This document shows, one piece after another, positions 1 through 13,200 of a DNA stretch of 64,000 nucleotides; the first letter of the stretch is position 1, and each line of letters opens with the position of its first letter. The DNA comes from Antedon mediterranea. Lineage: Eukaryota > Animalia > Echinodermata. Made by a program: the position numbers and the translations under genes. The DNA is taken from contig NC_092674.1 in assembly GCF_964355755.1 (NCBI RefSeq), forward strand, positions 1,054,001 through 1,118,000, read 5' to 3'. Under the pieces are notes generated by a model. It saw nothing but the letters and a program-made list of their open reading frames with translations. It made no database searches and had not been told where the DNA came from.

Positions 1-1973
1 GACAGCAGTTGCAGAATAGTAACAGAATTGATATAGTGTGGGACACTTACAGAACAGATAGTCTTAAGCAGTCTACAGGAGAAAAAAGACGAAAATGGGT
101 CAAGAGGAAAGTTGGGGGACAAACAAAGATTCCACGGAATTTTCCAGACTTTCTGAAAGATCCAGTAAATAAAGAGGAGTTATTTAACTTTTTAACTACA
201 TGATTACTCTGACTGCAAAGAAGTTTACATAATTACATCAGGTAAGTTTTATTATGATACATACTAATTTATTTTGTTTGTAACCAAACGATTAATTTAC
301 TTATACAGTTTCATACCAATAATTAATTAAAAAGGCATATTAAATTAGTAAGTAATTCTTGATATATGTCCTGTAGGCGAGTCTGTTGTATGTTGACATC
401 TACTCCACCTATGTCAATCTGCGACCATGAAGAGCCCGAATCCAGGATGTGCATTCACATTGATGATGCCTTAAAGAAAGGTAGCAGGGTTATTTTGGTG
501 CGTACAGTTGATACTGCTGATGTCATTGTTATCCTGATTGGTATTTTCTGCAATCTAATAGCCTGTTATCCTGGTACGTGTATCTGGGTCGCATTTGGCA
601 TGGGTAAGCACTTCCAATATTTTAATATAAATACCATCTGCCATAACCTAGGAGAGGATAAGTCAAGAGGGCTGCCAGTTTTTCATGCATTTACTGGGTC
701 CGATACTACATCCCAGTTCTTCGGAAAAGCAAAACACTCTGCATGGGAGACGTGGAACTCATTTCCAGCAGTCACAGAAGCCTTTCTTTTCATGGCACAT
801 CACCCTTTCAAATCTCTAGGAGTTAACTCATCTCAATTTCAGTTGCTAGAGGAGTTTACATGTCATCTATACGACAAGACAAGTACTTTAAGAAGTGTTA
901 CTGAGCTAAGACAAGATCTTTTTTCAAGAAAGGCACGGTCAATTGACAACATTCCTCCTACACAGGTAAGGGGAGCTTCCATATAATTGTCAATTGTCGT
1001 TTAATAATTTATTATCAGGTTCATGTTTTTCTTTCATTAAAAGGTAACACCAATCTTTAAATTGTTTATTGAAGGATGCACTTTTACAGCATTCCAACAG
1101 ATCCATATACCAAGCAAGCATTTGGACCACCAGTCTACAGCCACAGCAGAATTCTCCATCACCAGAAGACTTTGGTTGGACTAAAACCGGCAGTACATGG
1201 ACACCAATCTGGACAATACTACCTGAAGCATCCATGGCATGTAGGGAATAAAGTGTGGCTGCAAGTGCCGTTCAGCAGGTCTTTTTACCCATGCCGTGGA
1301 ACTTGTTCGTCATCTAGCAACTCTGTACCATTATAAGTATTTGTTTCCAGATAAATAATTTCATAAAAGTAAAGTTGATAATCACCTCCATGTATTGTTA
1401 TGGATGCTAACGCCATAATTGCCAGTCAAATGGTCTTTTGTCGGTTTACTAATAGTCCAGTGGTTATTGAGCCAAGTTTGATACAGTATATGTTTTATAT
1501 ACCTTTTTTCAGTGGTTCCTAATATTATGTTAAAGGAAAGTAACTGGTACAGGATAAATATATATTAGTACTATTACAAAAAATGAATGTTGTTGTTCTT
1601 ATAACTACAATGTTCATAACATAGCACAATATTGGCACGTTTTGATTGAAATACCCTTCAATATGACAGAAAATTACATTATTTGACCTATATATTCCGT
1701 CTGAAGAGAAATCATATATTTTTTATGTGTGTATTGCAATGTACATGTCATGAGTTTTAATTTGATACCAAACTTGGTATGTATATACGAAGATTTAAGT
1801 TTTCACCTAATTACGTATCACTAAAAAAAGGGCGTGGTCCAAATGACGTCGTTAAATTGTTCCGATTTTTGGGCACCCCTTCTAGGATTGTTAGATATAC
1901 CCTAAAGAAGGTTTGTGCCAAATTTGGTACTTTTGTCACAAAGTGCACAAAAAAGTGCTAAGTTACCCTGCTA
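1..1973 (+). mobile_element. Academ (AcademX-type) DNA transposon, defective 3' portion; continues off the left edge
   Basis: Spliced coding remnants (9-241, ~378-965, ~1075-1336) encode an XPG/FEN1-like nuclease segment (HEE.ESRM..H, VRTVDT.DV, FHAFTGSDTTSQFFGKAK) and a Cys-rich C-terminus. The element ends ...agttaccCTGCTA at 1973, followed by TAA. It is nearly identical to the reverse complement of 32983-34960. It has a premature stop at 201-203 and small deletions. Confidence 0.8.
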
Positions 1974-2867
1974 TAAAGGCAAGTACTGTATACTCATTAC
2001 AGAAATTCATTTTTTTTTCAATCTGTGCTGCAGTGGTTGGATATACATTTTTTTTTTAAACGGATAATGAGCTAGAGTTTTCACTCGCCGTATATTATGT
2101 ACAAATCTTTATTATTGCAATTAAACCACCCACATCATCACCCTTCTCTCACTGGCATGAGTAGCGTTGTAAAACCAGTAGAGGATAGGCCTACGGTACA
2201 TCACATGCCCTAAACGCAGAACAACTTTGGTGGGTAGGGTAGGAACAAACTTAAGTATGAATTGGCTCTAAGAAACAATTGAAAACCATTAGGCCTACTT
2301 ATTAAGTTGAGTTAGATAATTTAATATTTATTGACGATTAAATCAAATTTATGATTTTCTCCGAATAGAGGTGGTTTTCACAAATTGTTTTACATTATAT
2401 AAACATATACACGTCGTAGTGATGTATCGTTACATGTACTGTACTATTTCAATCGACTTGGATGGTGATAGTTTCAACAAAGTATTACATCGCAATGTTT
2501 TACTGTGTTTAGTGGTATATTATTTGTAAAACATGAAAACAATTAATATTTCGTTACTAAATAGATAAAGAATATATTTAAAAATTGTTCCTCTTTGCAC
2601 CCATCCTCTTCCCCATCCTCTTCCCCATCCCTCAACCCTAATGTTACATACAAAACACAAATTAAGTTTGTTTAAATTTGACTTAAACAATATTGGTCTC
2701 ATTTTGTGACAAGTTTCTCTTTCGGAAGTAATTCCCAGGGTGCTAATTTTAGTTGAGTACATAAATCACATTGTCTATTTATTCGTTCCTGTAAACGACA
2801 TGTATTTGCCCTGCGGTACGTATACATTTGAAATCGCCAGTTTTTTAACGCTGAAATTATTATGTAT

Positions 2868-2929
2868 TCGAGAACCATCTGTGGGCACGACCTAGATGGT
2901 ACGCGAGCGAAGCGAGCGTACCATCTAGT
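2868..2929 (+). mobile_element. Helitron-like 3' terminus (hairpin ending in CTAG-T)
   Basis: Hairpin ctagatggtacgc-gagcgaagcga-gcgtaccatctag followed by T. It contains the GCGAAGC mini-hairpin. A related copy lies at 3861-3915. Confidence 0.5.
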
Positions 2930-3860
2930 ATATATAACTTATGCTTAATTCTGATATAGGCGAGCACAGTGGAAAAACTTTGGGACAAATATCCGCCTTG
3001 GATACCTACCTCATCTATCTCAGATGTACCGCGAAACGTAGATTTGATAACATTAGTTCTCACTAATATGATATTGTTCCATATTTCTCTATTAGGAAGA
3101 TATTATAAAGGGTTTTATAACAACATTTTTGATTTCATCGTTAAATTTCAACCGTGCGCTGGTTTACCGGGTTCACGATGAGTTCGAGGGTTCACCTTGC
3201 AATTTCCTGGTTTCAACTAAGTTTGCCGTTGGTGGTGGCAATGGCCATTTTAGATTTTGTTTATTTTCGGACCGCGCGTGTGAAGGGTCAGTAGTTAGCA
3301 AAATAAAGATTATACTGCAAATTATTAAAGATAAAATTAAATATATTCATAAATTGGTGTATATTGTGGGGAATAGTATATAAAATTACATCGAGAGAAC
3401 TGATAAGACCTTTTGTTTTAAATCGTTTGATACCCAATAGCCAAATTGTTGAGTCAGCGCAGGAATAATTGTGGGCTATCACACGGTCCAGTTAGGACAC
3501 TGGGATGCTTCTTCCGTCTAAAACGTCTTCGTTCTGTGTCGCGGAAGTTAGTTTCAAAAGATGTTTAAACTAAATAATGTATTAAATACCGATTAGGATG
3601 GTATTTATTTGAATAAACGCCCAACAACTCCCCAATAAAGCATCACTTGGAATAATAATCGCCCATCCACATTTATACACACAATACTGTATTATATTTA
3701 TAACACAATTATATTGTAGTAGAATTCATCGACTGTTATCTACAATTTACCAAGCATTTGTTATTCTTTTTTACACTTTTCAGATCTATAAGGGCCCTAC
3801 CAAAAACGTCCAAGCGAGTCAGAACGGCCTTCTAAAACCTTTTTACCCGAGTCATCATCA

Positions 3861-3915
3861 TTCTGAGAACCATCGTCTACTTTCCCTAGAGGGCGAAGCG
3901 AGCACACCCTCTAGT
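3861..3915 (+). mobile_element. Helitron-like 3' terminus, second copy
   Basis: gagaaccatc...ctagaggg-cgaagcgagcaca-ccctctag-t. Same upstream motif and hairpin-CTAGT layout as 2868-2929. Confidence 0.45.
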
Positions 3916-4064
3916 ATATCAAATACACGTTTCACGTTCGGCGAGGAAAATGTATTGGTAAATTATCAATATCCCAAAATAGGCTTACCAAATACAATGA
4001 AATATCGGTGTCAGGTTTATAATTTTATTCATGTTGTATTTAATGTTGTTTATTTCTCAAACAG

Positions 4065-4880
4065 TGACGGTCATCTCGACAATGTCAACAACAAATGATG
4101 GTAAGAATAGACATCGTTCAACTTGCTTGTTCATGTAATACAAATACATTTTCTTGAGATTTGTTAACTTTCTGGTTAAAACTATAGGGACCGGGATGCC
4201 TGACTATTTCTGATACACCTAGTTAATCTTTCAACTTTTAAAATTCTCACCATTCAACACATACAAATTTTATTTGTTTATTCTAGTTTGTATTTACTAT
4301 TTTGTCCAACGTTCTAAAATAATAGAATCTTCAACCAATCGAAAGACGGTAAATTAGTCATATTGATTCAATTCATATCGTTTCATAGTATAACTTCCTG
4401 GTTTCATTAATACAATAATCTAATGTTCGTTTTTGAATGTCAAATATTTTCTTTAATAGAAAGCAGTTCAATTGTGCTGATTGGAGGTGTTACTGTCGTC
4501 ATCATAATTCTTATTATCGTCATTATTTGTTATAAACAGTAGGTTTACTTTTGTAACATATAACAATAATGAACTACTCATGGAGTTTTTGGTTTTATGA
4601 TGCATTAACACATTCAACAATATTTTCTAAATGCCGATTGCATAACATTATTAGCCTATATCTGTTGATACGTCTTTAAAGATTAATTGTTTTTTATATT
4701 TATTTAAAAATTTATTTTAAAAATATATTATTTGCATTTTTTAGTTCAAAGCGGCTGGTTCAAAGACAAGAAGGATTTGACAATGATATATATATGATTC
4801 ATCCACCAACACCACCACCAGAACACCGCCTGGCTAATAATATAGAGTTGAATGCAAACATAATCCACAACTACTTCTAA
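4065..4880 (+). CDS. Gene A: last three exons (Ser/Thr stalk, transmembrane helix, cytoplasmic tail) of a single-pass receptor, probably an upstream member of the YWTD receptor cluster
   Basis: GT-AG exons 4065-4100 (VTVISTMSTTND), 4460-4538 (ESSSIVLIGGVTVVIIILIIVIICYK) and 4745-4880 (HSKRLVQRQEGFDNDIYMIHPPTPPPEHRLANNIELNANIIHNYF*). Phases 1/1/2 match the stalk/TM/tail exons of genes B-D. Confidence 0.65.
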
Positions 4881-7259
4881 TAGATGCAATAATTTATATA
4901 TAGTTTTTGATGTTTTTTGATGAAATATGTATAAAACGATTTGTAGGTGCAAAAGAGTCTCCAAGAATTTAAAAATAATTAAATTAAAATATCAGTACCA
5001 TTTTAGTAGTGTATGTTGTGGAGAAAAATAAGTCTAATTTAAATGCCACAGGCGACCAATGTGCAGTAAAAAGTGCTGTCTGAAACGCCTACACTTCAGT
5101 TCCTTTTCTGATATCAGTCACGATTTCGCTAATATGAAGCCCGGGCCCTTCTAAAACACAAGCATCATCGCACCACATAAAATATTGTGACATGAAAATG
5201 GTTAATTAAATTCCTAGCTGATACTAAGTTTCACATAAGTTAGTTTAGTTCGGTGATATTTTTTTTATGATAAAGAGCAATATGGCTTCGATTAATACAT
5301 CACGTGACTTTAGTTCAAGTACGCATATTATAATTAAAATGATTAAAATATTATATTAACCAGCATGTGGAGAAAAAAAGATTTGCTAAAATACTAATTA
5401 TTTAATTTAAAATGTTGAGTTGATATATCATTAAAATACAAATATGACTTATAATATAGACGTTGTAAGGTTAAAGATTATCCGTATAGTCAATATATTA
5501 GTTGTAATAAGTATATCTATATGATAATTTTAAATTTTGAAACTTAACAAATGTTATTATTAATAAACTGAAATTTATATACAAGATTATACAAACATCA
5601 CATTTTAATCAATCGTATAACCAAGTAAGAGTGAAATACATTTTACTCTTCCTTGGGTGAACTCGTTCGTAACAATATATTCCATTCTTCTATCTATTAA
5701 AAATCGTGGTAATACAGACTGACTTAATCAGTACTTGGTGAAATGGTCGCTAGTTGATCATACATATATTTCGGTATATCTTTATTCAAAAAAAAGTCAA
5801 ATGACAAAAACAGCCAATGGCTGAAACCGTATTCGTACATTATAAATATAAATATAAATATACAATCATGATAAAAACAGGAACCGTTTTGATCATTCCG
5901 GAAAATGCTTCACGGCGAACAGAAGTGTGGAGCTTGGGTAATAAAGTAATAATAAAATCTCTGAAAAAAGTCATCGTCTCATATATTCTATGCTGTTGGA
6001 TATTTCAATATGCGAAAGAATACAACTCAACGTTCTGCACATTCTCAGTTTTACTTCAGGTGGTGATGCAAATAAGAACACTGCGACATTTCACGAATAA
6101 ATCGACAGGCATTTTTTGAAAAGTGATTATCAAGCCCTTCATGCATTTTATGAGTAGACCTAATATTGACTACTTTTCCGAATATTGTTCCTACCCATTA
6201 CTTTGATCATTTATATACAATATAGACCTCAAATGATGAATTATGTAAGTAGAGAATGATCATATTAGTCAATCATTCGTGACGGGTTCATGCAGTGGTT
6301 CGATAAGGTCTTTTGTCTATCTCACTCTGACGTAATCATCGCTTTGAAAATAGATTCACCAGGTAAATTTAATGAAAATAAGTATAGTAACTTTGCAGAA
6401 CCATTCCAGTATATCAATATATCAAGTCATAATAATTTTTAAAAAAAGAAGAAAAAACCTACGTTATGTTTTAAAACTAGTGTTCAGATTTAGCACCTTT
6501 ACCATTATTTTTTCTCATTTACTGTTCGCATTTATATAGGCACGTATAAGTATGTTACTTATTTTGCTCTACCATGTGTTGTTTTAACCATCCACACGTA
6601 CATTTTTGCCATTCTGAGATGAAGGATTTCTTAGTAAAAGTAAGTAACACGCATACAAGTAATTGACGTCTTTTAACAAGATGTTTTTGCATGACGTTAG
6701 TTGGTAAATTGTATATTGTGTAGGCCTAAGCTAGTGGACTTAGCAAAATTAACCTGCAGGCTGATAGTTGTATCATGAGCCGATATACACATCTCATTAG
6801 TATGTTAGTATTCGAGCAATGCTTTTATAATTTTCAATTATTTTACTACTTATATTACTTTTCAATTATTAATTTCTTATCCATCTTTCAAAAATATTCT
6901 TCTTAACACTGAATTAAATGGTGAAAGAATATTTAAGGTTGGTAAGTTTATTTTCTATCGCTATTTGTTTGTACCATGCTACGTGATTTGTATTGTTTAT
7001 TTTATTTCCGTAACATGCGCAATATGATTTACTCCCTAAATTAGTTTTACGCTATTTGCTAACACTTCTACCACTTTACTGTTTTATGCTCTGATAGGTT
7101 TTTCACAATTCAAGGAGGAAATACATCCAAAATTATTAGCTATTGTAGTATAAATTAGCCGATCCACCCATTACTGTATAAAACTGTAGATTTTTTAGTA
7201 TAACACACAAACCAAGTTTATACGTATCTGCGTGTGTGTTTGTTGTTCCTACCTTGATC

Positions 7260-10200
7260 ATGTTCAATACTTTGCTGGTATTATTCCTAGCAGGAATGTT
7301 AGATTTTCCTTACACAGGTAACCGTTATTCATCTATTGTCAAACGTTTTTTAAAAACATACATTTTTTTATTCTTCTTATTTTGTTCATAATTCGTTATT
7401 GTTAGGTAAAAATGTTGGTATGTAAGTGAAGATTTTACTTTAAAAACCCTATAACTTTTTTTTGATTTGAGTTTTACTTGTTTACATGCTTTCTAAAGAA
7501 AAAATAATATATATTTAATAAAAATAGATGTTTTCATTTTTTTTTTACAGTTAATGGAGAAGATAACAGACTGTACTTAGCCGTATATGACCAAAGTAGG
7601 TCTAATGCTGCCATTTTTTGGATTTCATCTAATTCAGAAGTTTATGAAAATGACCGAAATTTAGAATTTGAAAAACTTTACACAGTTCCACGTCCTCCGT
7701 ACATGCCATCATCACTTGCCGTTCGGTTCTCGGCGTTGGCAGTCGATTACCACGACGGAAATGTCACATTCCACGAGCTGACCAACCATTGGATATACAT
7801 GGCCCTTGATATTACTTCAGAATCTGATTACTCGATACCAGCGATTGAAGGCGGTACATCTGGTCGAGTGAATGGTTTAGCGATTGACTGGTTGGCGAAA
7901 AATTTGTACTGGGTGGATGAGGGGTACAACTGGATTAAAATTACCAACTATACGGGAGAAAGAGAAGCAGTAATTGCTGAGGTGGATATTGAGAAACCGT
8001 CTGGAATAGCTTGTCATCCTTACAAAGGGTAAGTATTGTGAGAAGAAAAAAGAAAGAAAAGCTTAAATAAACTCTAATCTAATGGTTGATGAATGTTATG
8101 GCCTGCGATAAGTAAATAGTATGTATTATGCCTAATAGGCTTACATACCGAACAACCATCTGGGCAACAAGAAAAACATGTACAAAACTAATCATTTATA
8201 TAGTAAAAAACATGCAGCCCGAAAAATATATATATGGAAACACAAATATAAAAAAATTAAATAAAATGTATACAACATTATTATTATATATAATACAATA
8301 TTATTATTATTATTATTATTATTATACAAAACATTAAACAATTTGAAAAATAAAATTGTGTTAAAAAATTCCAAAATGTATATACAAATTTATAGGCCTA
8401 TTATATGTAAATATTTATAACATAGCCATCTTCAGCGTGATCATTTTAAGTAGGCCTACTGTTTGAATTAAGGATTCTACTTATAGTAAGGGCAGGCGAG
8501 GTCTTAAGACGGTTAGTTCTACTAACAGGTATATTAATTAGGGGTTTATCTACCGTGGTTGATCTAAGCTCTCTAGTAATAATGCGGTAGTCGGGCAAAA
8601 CTCCGATAACTCCGATTTCAAGAGCCTTTCTCCAAATTTTAAAATATACGTCTCTCGTCTGGATGCGAGAATGGTCATATTTGTAAGCTCAAGAGCTGAC
8701 TCATACATAAGAGGAAAGCGGGACCCAGAATAACACGTAAAATCTCTTGTGCACTCTTTCAATGGTCGGTATTTGGGCCTTATTGATGCTTAGGCCTACA
8801 TGCCACTCAGGGCAATATAAGATTGGGCGGATATAACAAACATAAACGGATATCATATCATGAACTGGTACATTGGCCCTTCTAAGAATATCAAACGTAT
8901 ACAACATTCTGGATGCTCTTTTGACCATGTCACTGACATTATTATCCAATTTCAAGTCATCCTGGATAATAAGTCCAAGGAGCTTCATACACGAAACAAC
9001 ATTGCGTGTTGTACCGCTAAGGTAATAATTAGGAGGGGGAATATTTATTTTCTAAAAATGAACTCTTATGATATGATTTAGGGACCATGAGAGTTGTATC
9101 ACACCACTCAGTAAGGTCATCAAGACAAGAGTGAAGTTTAGGGGCATTACCATGTTTAACAGTGTCACCAAGAGTGAGATCATCAACGTACTTCCACCAT
9201 CTGCAGCCTTCCATAGAAATATTATTGACTAATATGAGAAACAAAATTGGCCCAAGCTTCGTACCCTGTGGAATCCCACAGGTGATGTTGGTATAAGGGG
9301 AAAAGGTTGAACTAAGTTTAGTATCTATTTTACGATCCGTCAGAAAGCTCCAGATGGTGGGAATAATAGATGTCCTCACTCCGATGTCGACTAGGTTTTT
9401 AACAATGACCGTATGATCGGTTGAAGGCCTTTGTAAAATCAACGGCACAAATATCCACAAAAAAACCACCTTTTACTAATTACAAACTGAATCATGTTTT
9501 AATTACAGACTGAATTACGTATCAAAATGTCTTATATTTCTTGTATAAAACTAGGATTGTCAATTCAAACATCAATCTTGATGGGTAATAAGTTTAATGG
9601 TTAATATGCTTGCTTTTCCATCTTTTCCCCCTAAAAAGTTATCTATTCTGGACCGAGTTAGGAGACCGATATCCACCAAAGATTGAAAGATCAACAATGG
9701 CGGGAAACAACCGAATTACAATCGTTGATGGGCTTACTGAACCGAGATCTATAGCTGTAGATACGATACTGGACAGGTAACACCTTGTTTAAACTTCTTG
9801 ATTGTGTTTTGATTGAAATTGTTCTTATTACGTGAAGGAAAAGTGAAATAACATTGAAACTCACCAAACGTTTCGTGTGTTCTTCACGTAACAAGAACAT
9901 TTAATTCAAAATATATCTTTAGAAAGAAATCATTATATTCAATTTTCTTGATAGTATACACCAAAACATTTTCACTGGTGTTTGAATTCTATTTTGCTGA
10001 ATTGTTCTTCAAATATGTACACCTTGTATTTTTGTCATTTTTGTGTATATTCAGAAAGAATTCCATATTAAACGTAAGATTCAGAGAACTGCTTTATAAA
10101 TTTGAACTGCAGAATAAAAGTTTAAAAAATTGATTTAAAACTTAATTATTATAGATGAAAATAATCTAAAGTTATGATTTTACATTTTTTGTGTACGAAT

Positions 10201-13200
10201 ACGTTAAATTATAAGGAATGAAATGAGAATTTCGATTGATGTAGTTTTACTGTTTCTGCTTATATTTATTTTGATGTTCAGTTTGTTTTTATGACTCAGC
10301 ATATTTGCTGTGATGTTTGAATCTTTTTGTTTTATGAATAAATACTAATGCATAATTACCAATTATCTATCTATTTTTTGGCGAGGAACATTTCTTATCA
10401 ATATTATTTGTGAATTATAATAATAAAATAATTCCTTTGCCACCCCTTCACAAGCTTTTGCTTTCTAGGATTTCGCTTAATTTCCTGTATTAAATACATA
10501 CCTGCAAATTGTTTGTGTGGAAAATGGCAATTATTTGCTTTGTAATTTTAAATGAAAGATTGGTTTATACACCACAATAATATCGAAAGTTTAAAGCCTC
10601 AAAATGAAACTTCAATTTGTTTCTGCTTTTAAATGTTTGTGGTAATTCCTTAAAAGTATCGGGTAAATCTATTAAAAGAAGAGCGTATGAAGTCCTTCAT
10701 GGTTGAATACAACTGCATTATTTGCAAAGTGGTTGGCGTGCAAACTGCAATTATACTTGTTTAGAGTTCTAGCTTGATTTTAAACATCCTTTGTTAACAC
10801 ATCTGCGAAATTTTGCAACTGTTAAAAATAAACATTACAAAATAATTAATGTCTCAGAATTTATTGGACTGACAATACTGCAACAGAAATTAAAGTTGAA
10901 TCTTCAGATCTTGACGGTAATGGAAGACGAACAGAAGTATCGGCGCCAAAGTCTCTGGGTGTATTTGATAGTATTGCAGTAGATGAAGTGAGTAACATAA
11001 TAATTACCAAAGTCTCAGGGTGTATTTGATAGTATTGCAGTAGATGAAGTGAGTAACATAATAATTACCAAAGTCTCTGGGTGTATTTGATAGTATTGCT
11101 GTAGATGAAGTGAGTAACATAATAATTACCAAAGTCTCAGGGTGTATTTGATAGTATTGCAGTATTATGAAGTGAGTAACATTATAATTACCAAAGTCTC
11201 TGGGTGTATTTGATAGTATTGCTGTAGATGAAGTGAGTAACATAATAATTACCAAAGTCTCTGAGTGTATTTGATAGTATTGCAGTAGATGAAGTGAGTA
11301 ACATAATAATTACCAAAGTCTCTGGGTGTATTTGATAGTATTGCTGTAGATGAAGTGAGTAACATAATAATTACCAAAGTCTCTGGGTGTATTTGATAGT
11401 ATTGCAGTAGATGAAGTGAGTAACATAATAATTACCAAAGTCTCTGGGTGTATTTGATAGTATTGCAGTATATGAAGTGAGTAACATAATAATTACCAAA
11501 GTCTCTGGGTGTATTTGATGGTAATACAGTAGATGAAGTGAGTAACATAATAATTACCAAAGTCTCTGGGTGTATTTGATAGTATTGCAGTAGATGAAGT
11601 GAGTAACATAATAATTACCAAAGTCTCTGGGTGTATTTGATAGTATTGCAGTGGATGAAGTGAGTAACATAATAGTTACCAAAGTCTCTGGGTGTATTTG
11701 ATAGTATTGCAGTAGATGAAGTGAGTAACATAATAATTACCAAAGTCTCTGGGTGTATTTGATAGTATTGCAGTAGATGAAGTGAGTAACATAATAATTA
11801 CCAAAGTCTCTGGGTGTATTTGATAGTATTGCAGTATATGAAGTGAGTAACATAATAATTACCAAAGTCTCTGGGTGTATTTGATGGTAATACAGTAGAT
11901 GAAGTGAGTAACATAATAATTACCAAAGTCTCTGGGTGTATTTGATAGTATTGCAGTAGATGAAGTGAGTAACATAATAATTACCAAAGTCTCTGGGTGT
12001 ATTTGATAGTATTGCAGTAGATGAAGTGAGTAACATAATAATTACCAAAGTCTCTGGGTGTATTTGATAGTATTGCAGTAGATGAAGTGAGTAACATAAT
12101 AATTACCAAAGTCTCTGGGTGTATTTGATGGTAATACAGTAGATGAAGTGAGTAACATAATAATTACCAAAGTCTCTGGGTGTATTTGATAGTATTGCAG
12201 TAGATGAAGTGAGTAACATAATAATTACCAAAGTCTCTGGGTGTATTTGATAGTATTGTAGTAGATGAAGTGAGTAACATAATAATTACCAAAGTCTCTG
12301 GGTGTATTTGATAGTATTGCAGTAGATGAAGTGAGTAACATAATAATTACCAAAGTCTCTGGGTGTATTTGATGGTAATACAGTAGATGAAGTGAGTAAT
12401 GTATACAACATCTTTAAATCATTATCATAATCATTGTACCATAATCATTGATATACAGTCAGATATACAGTATTGTGTTGGTGTCATTAGATCTAACTAT
12501 AACTTGTTTTTTTATTATCTTATAACAGACTTATATTTTTGTCGGCGGATTGCACTGGAATTATTTTATGCGTTATTACAGGAAAGTTTCTCCAAATGTA
12601 TTAGTATTCAACTATGAGTTTGGTAGCGACATCGAGCTGTACGATTTATGTGTTGCTGGCCCTAATATTCAATCACAACCTGGAACGTGTACGAAATTGT
12701 TTGTTGTCTTGTTTTAGTGAAAATTTTCTTATATTAATTTCCCAATGCAAACTATAAAATAATATATTCCTCTATTTACATTGCTATATAAGCTAAATTA
12801 TTATATGAACTGCTTTCTTGCCCATTGTGACGACTTGGATTGTTATGACAAAAATTGCAGACTGCAGACTCAAATTAATATCGTTTGATTCATTGTGAGA
12901 CTTTATTACCGCCACATTATATTAAAATGTCAGTAAATGATATTTATATACTTTGTTATTTTTATCTAATTAGCATTAGAAACCAAGATGGTTTAATTTT
13001 ATCAACATGCAACATGTTTTACTACTAAAAATGTTTTAAAAAAAAGTTTACGATTCCTAATTTTTAATATATATTTGTTTTTGTTTTTTGTTTTTCAGCA
13101 CCGTGTGATGGTAATACATGCCAACACTATTGTGTATCGGCAGCCAACAACAACTACGAATGTTTGTGTCAAGATAATTACGTATTAAATCCTGACGGAA

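Noticed and set aside
1779-1961. ORF MYIRRFKF... found three times (also 32975-33178 and 36112-36306)
   Set aside because: It lies inside the Academ TIR. Recurrence reflects TIR identity, not coding constraint.
10946-12398. CRISPR-like appearance of the regular 61-bp array
   Set aside because: Units are contiguous with no unique spacers, there are no cas genes, the context is eukaryotic, and the unit derives from an exon-intron boundary.
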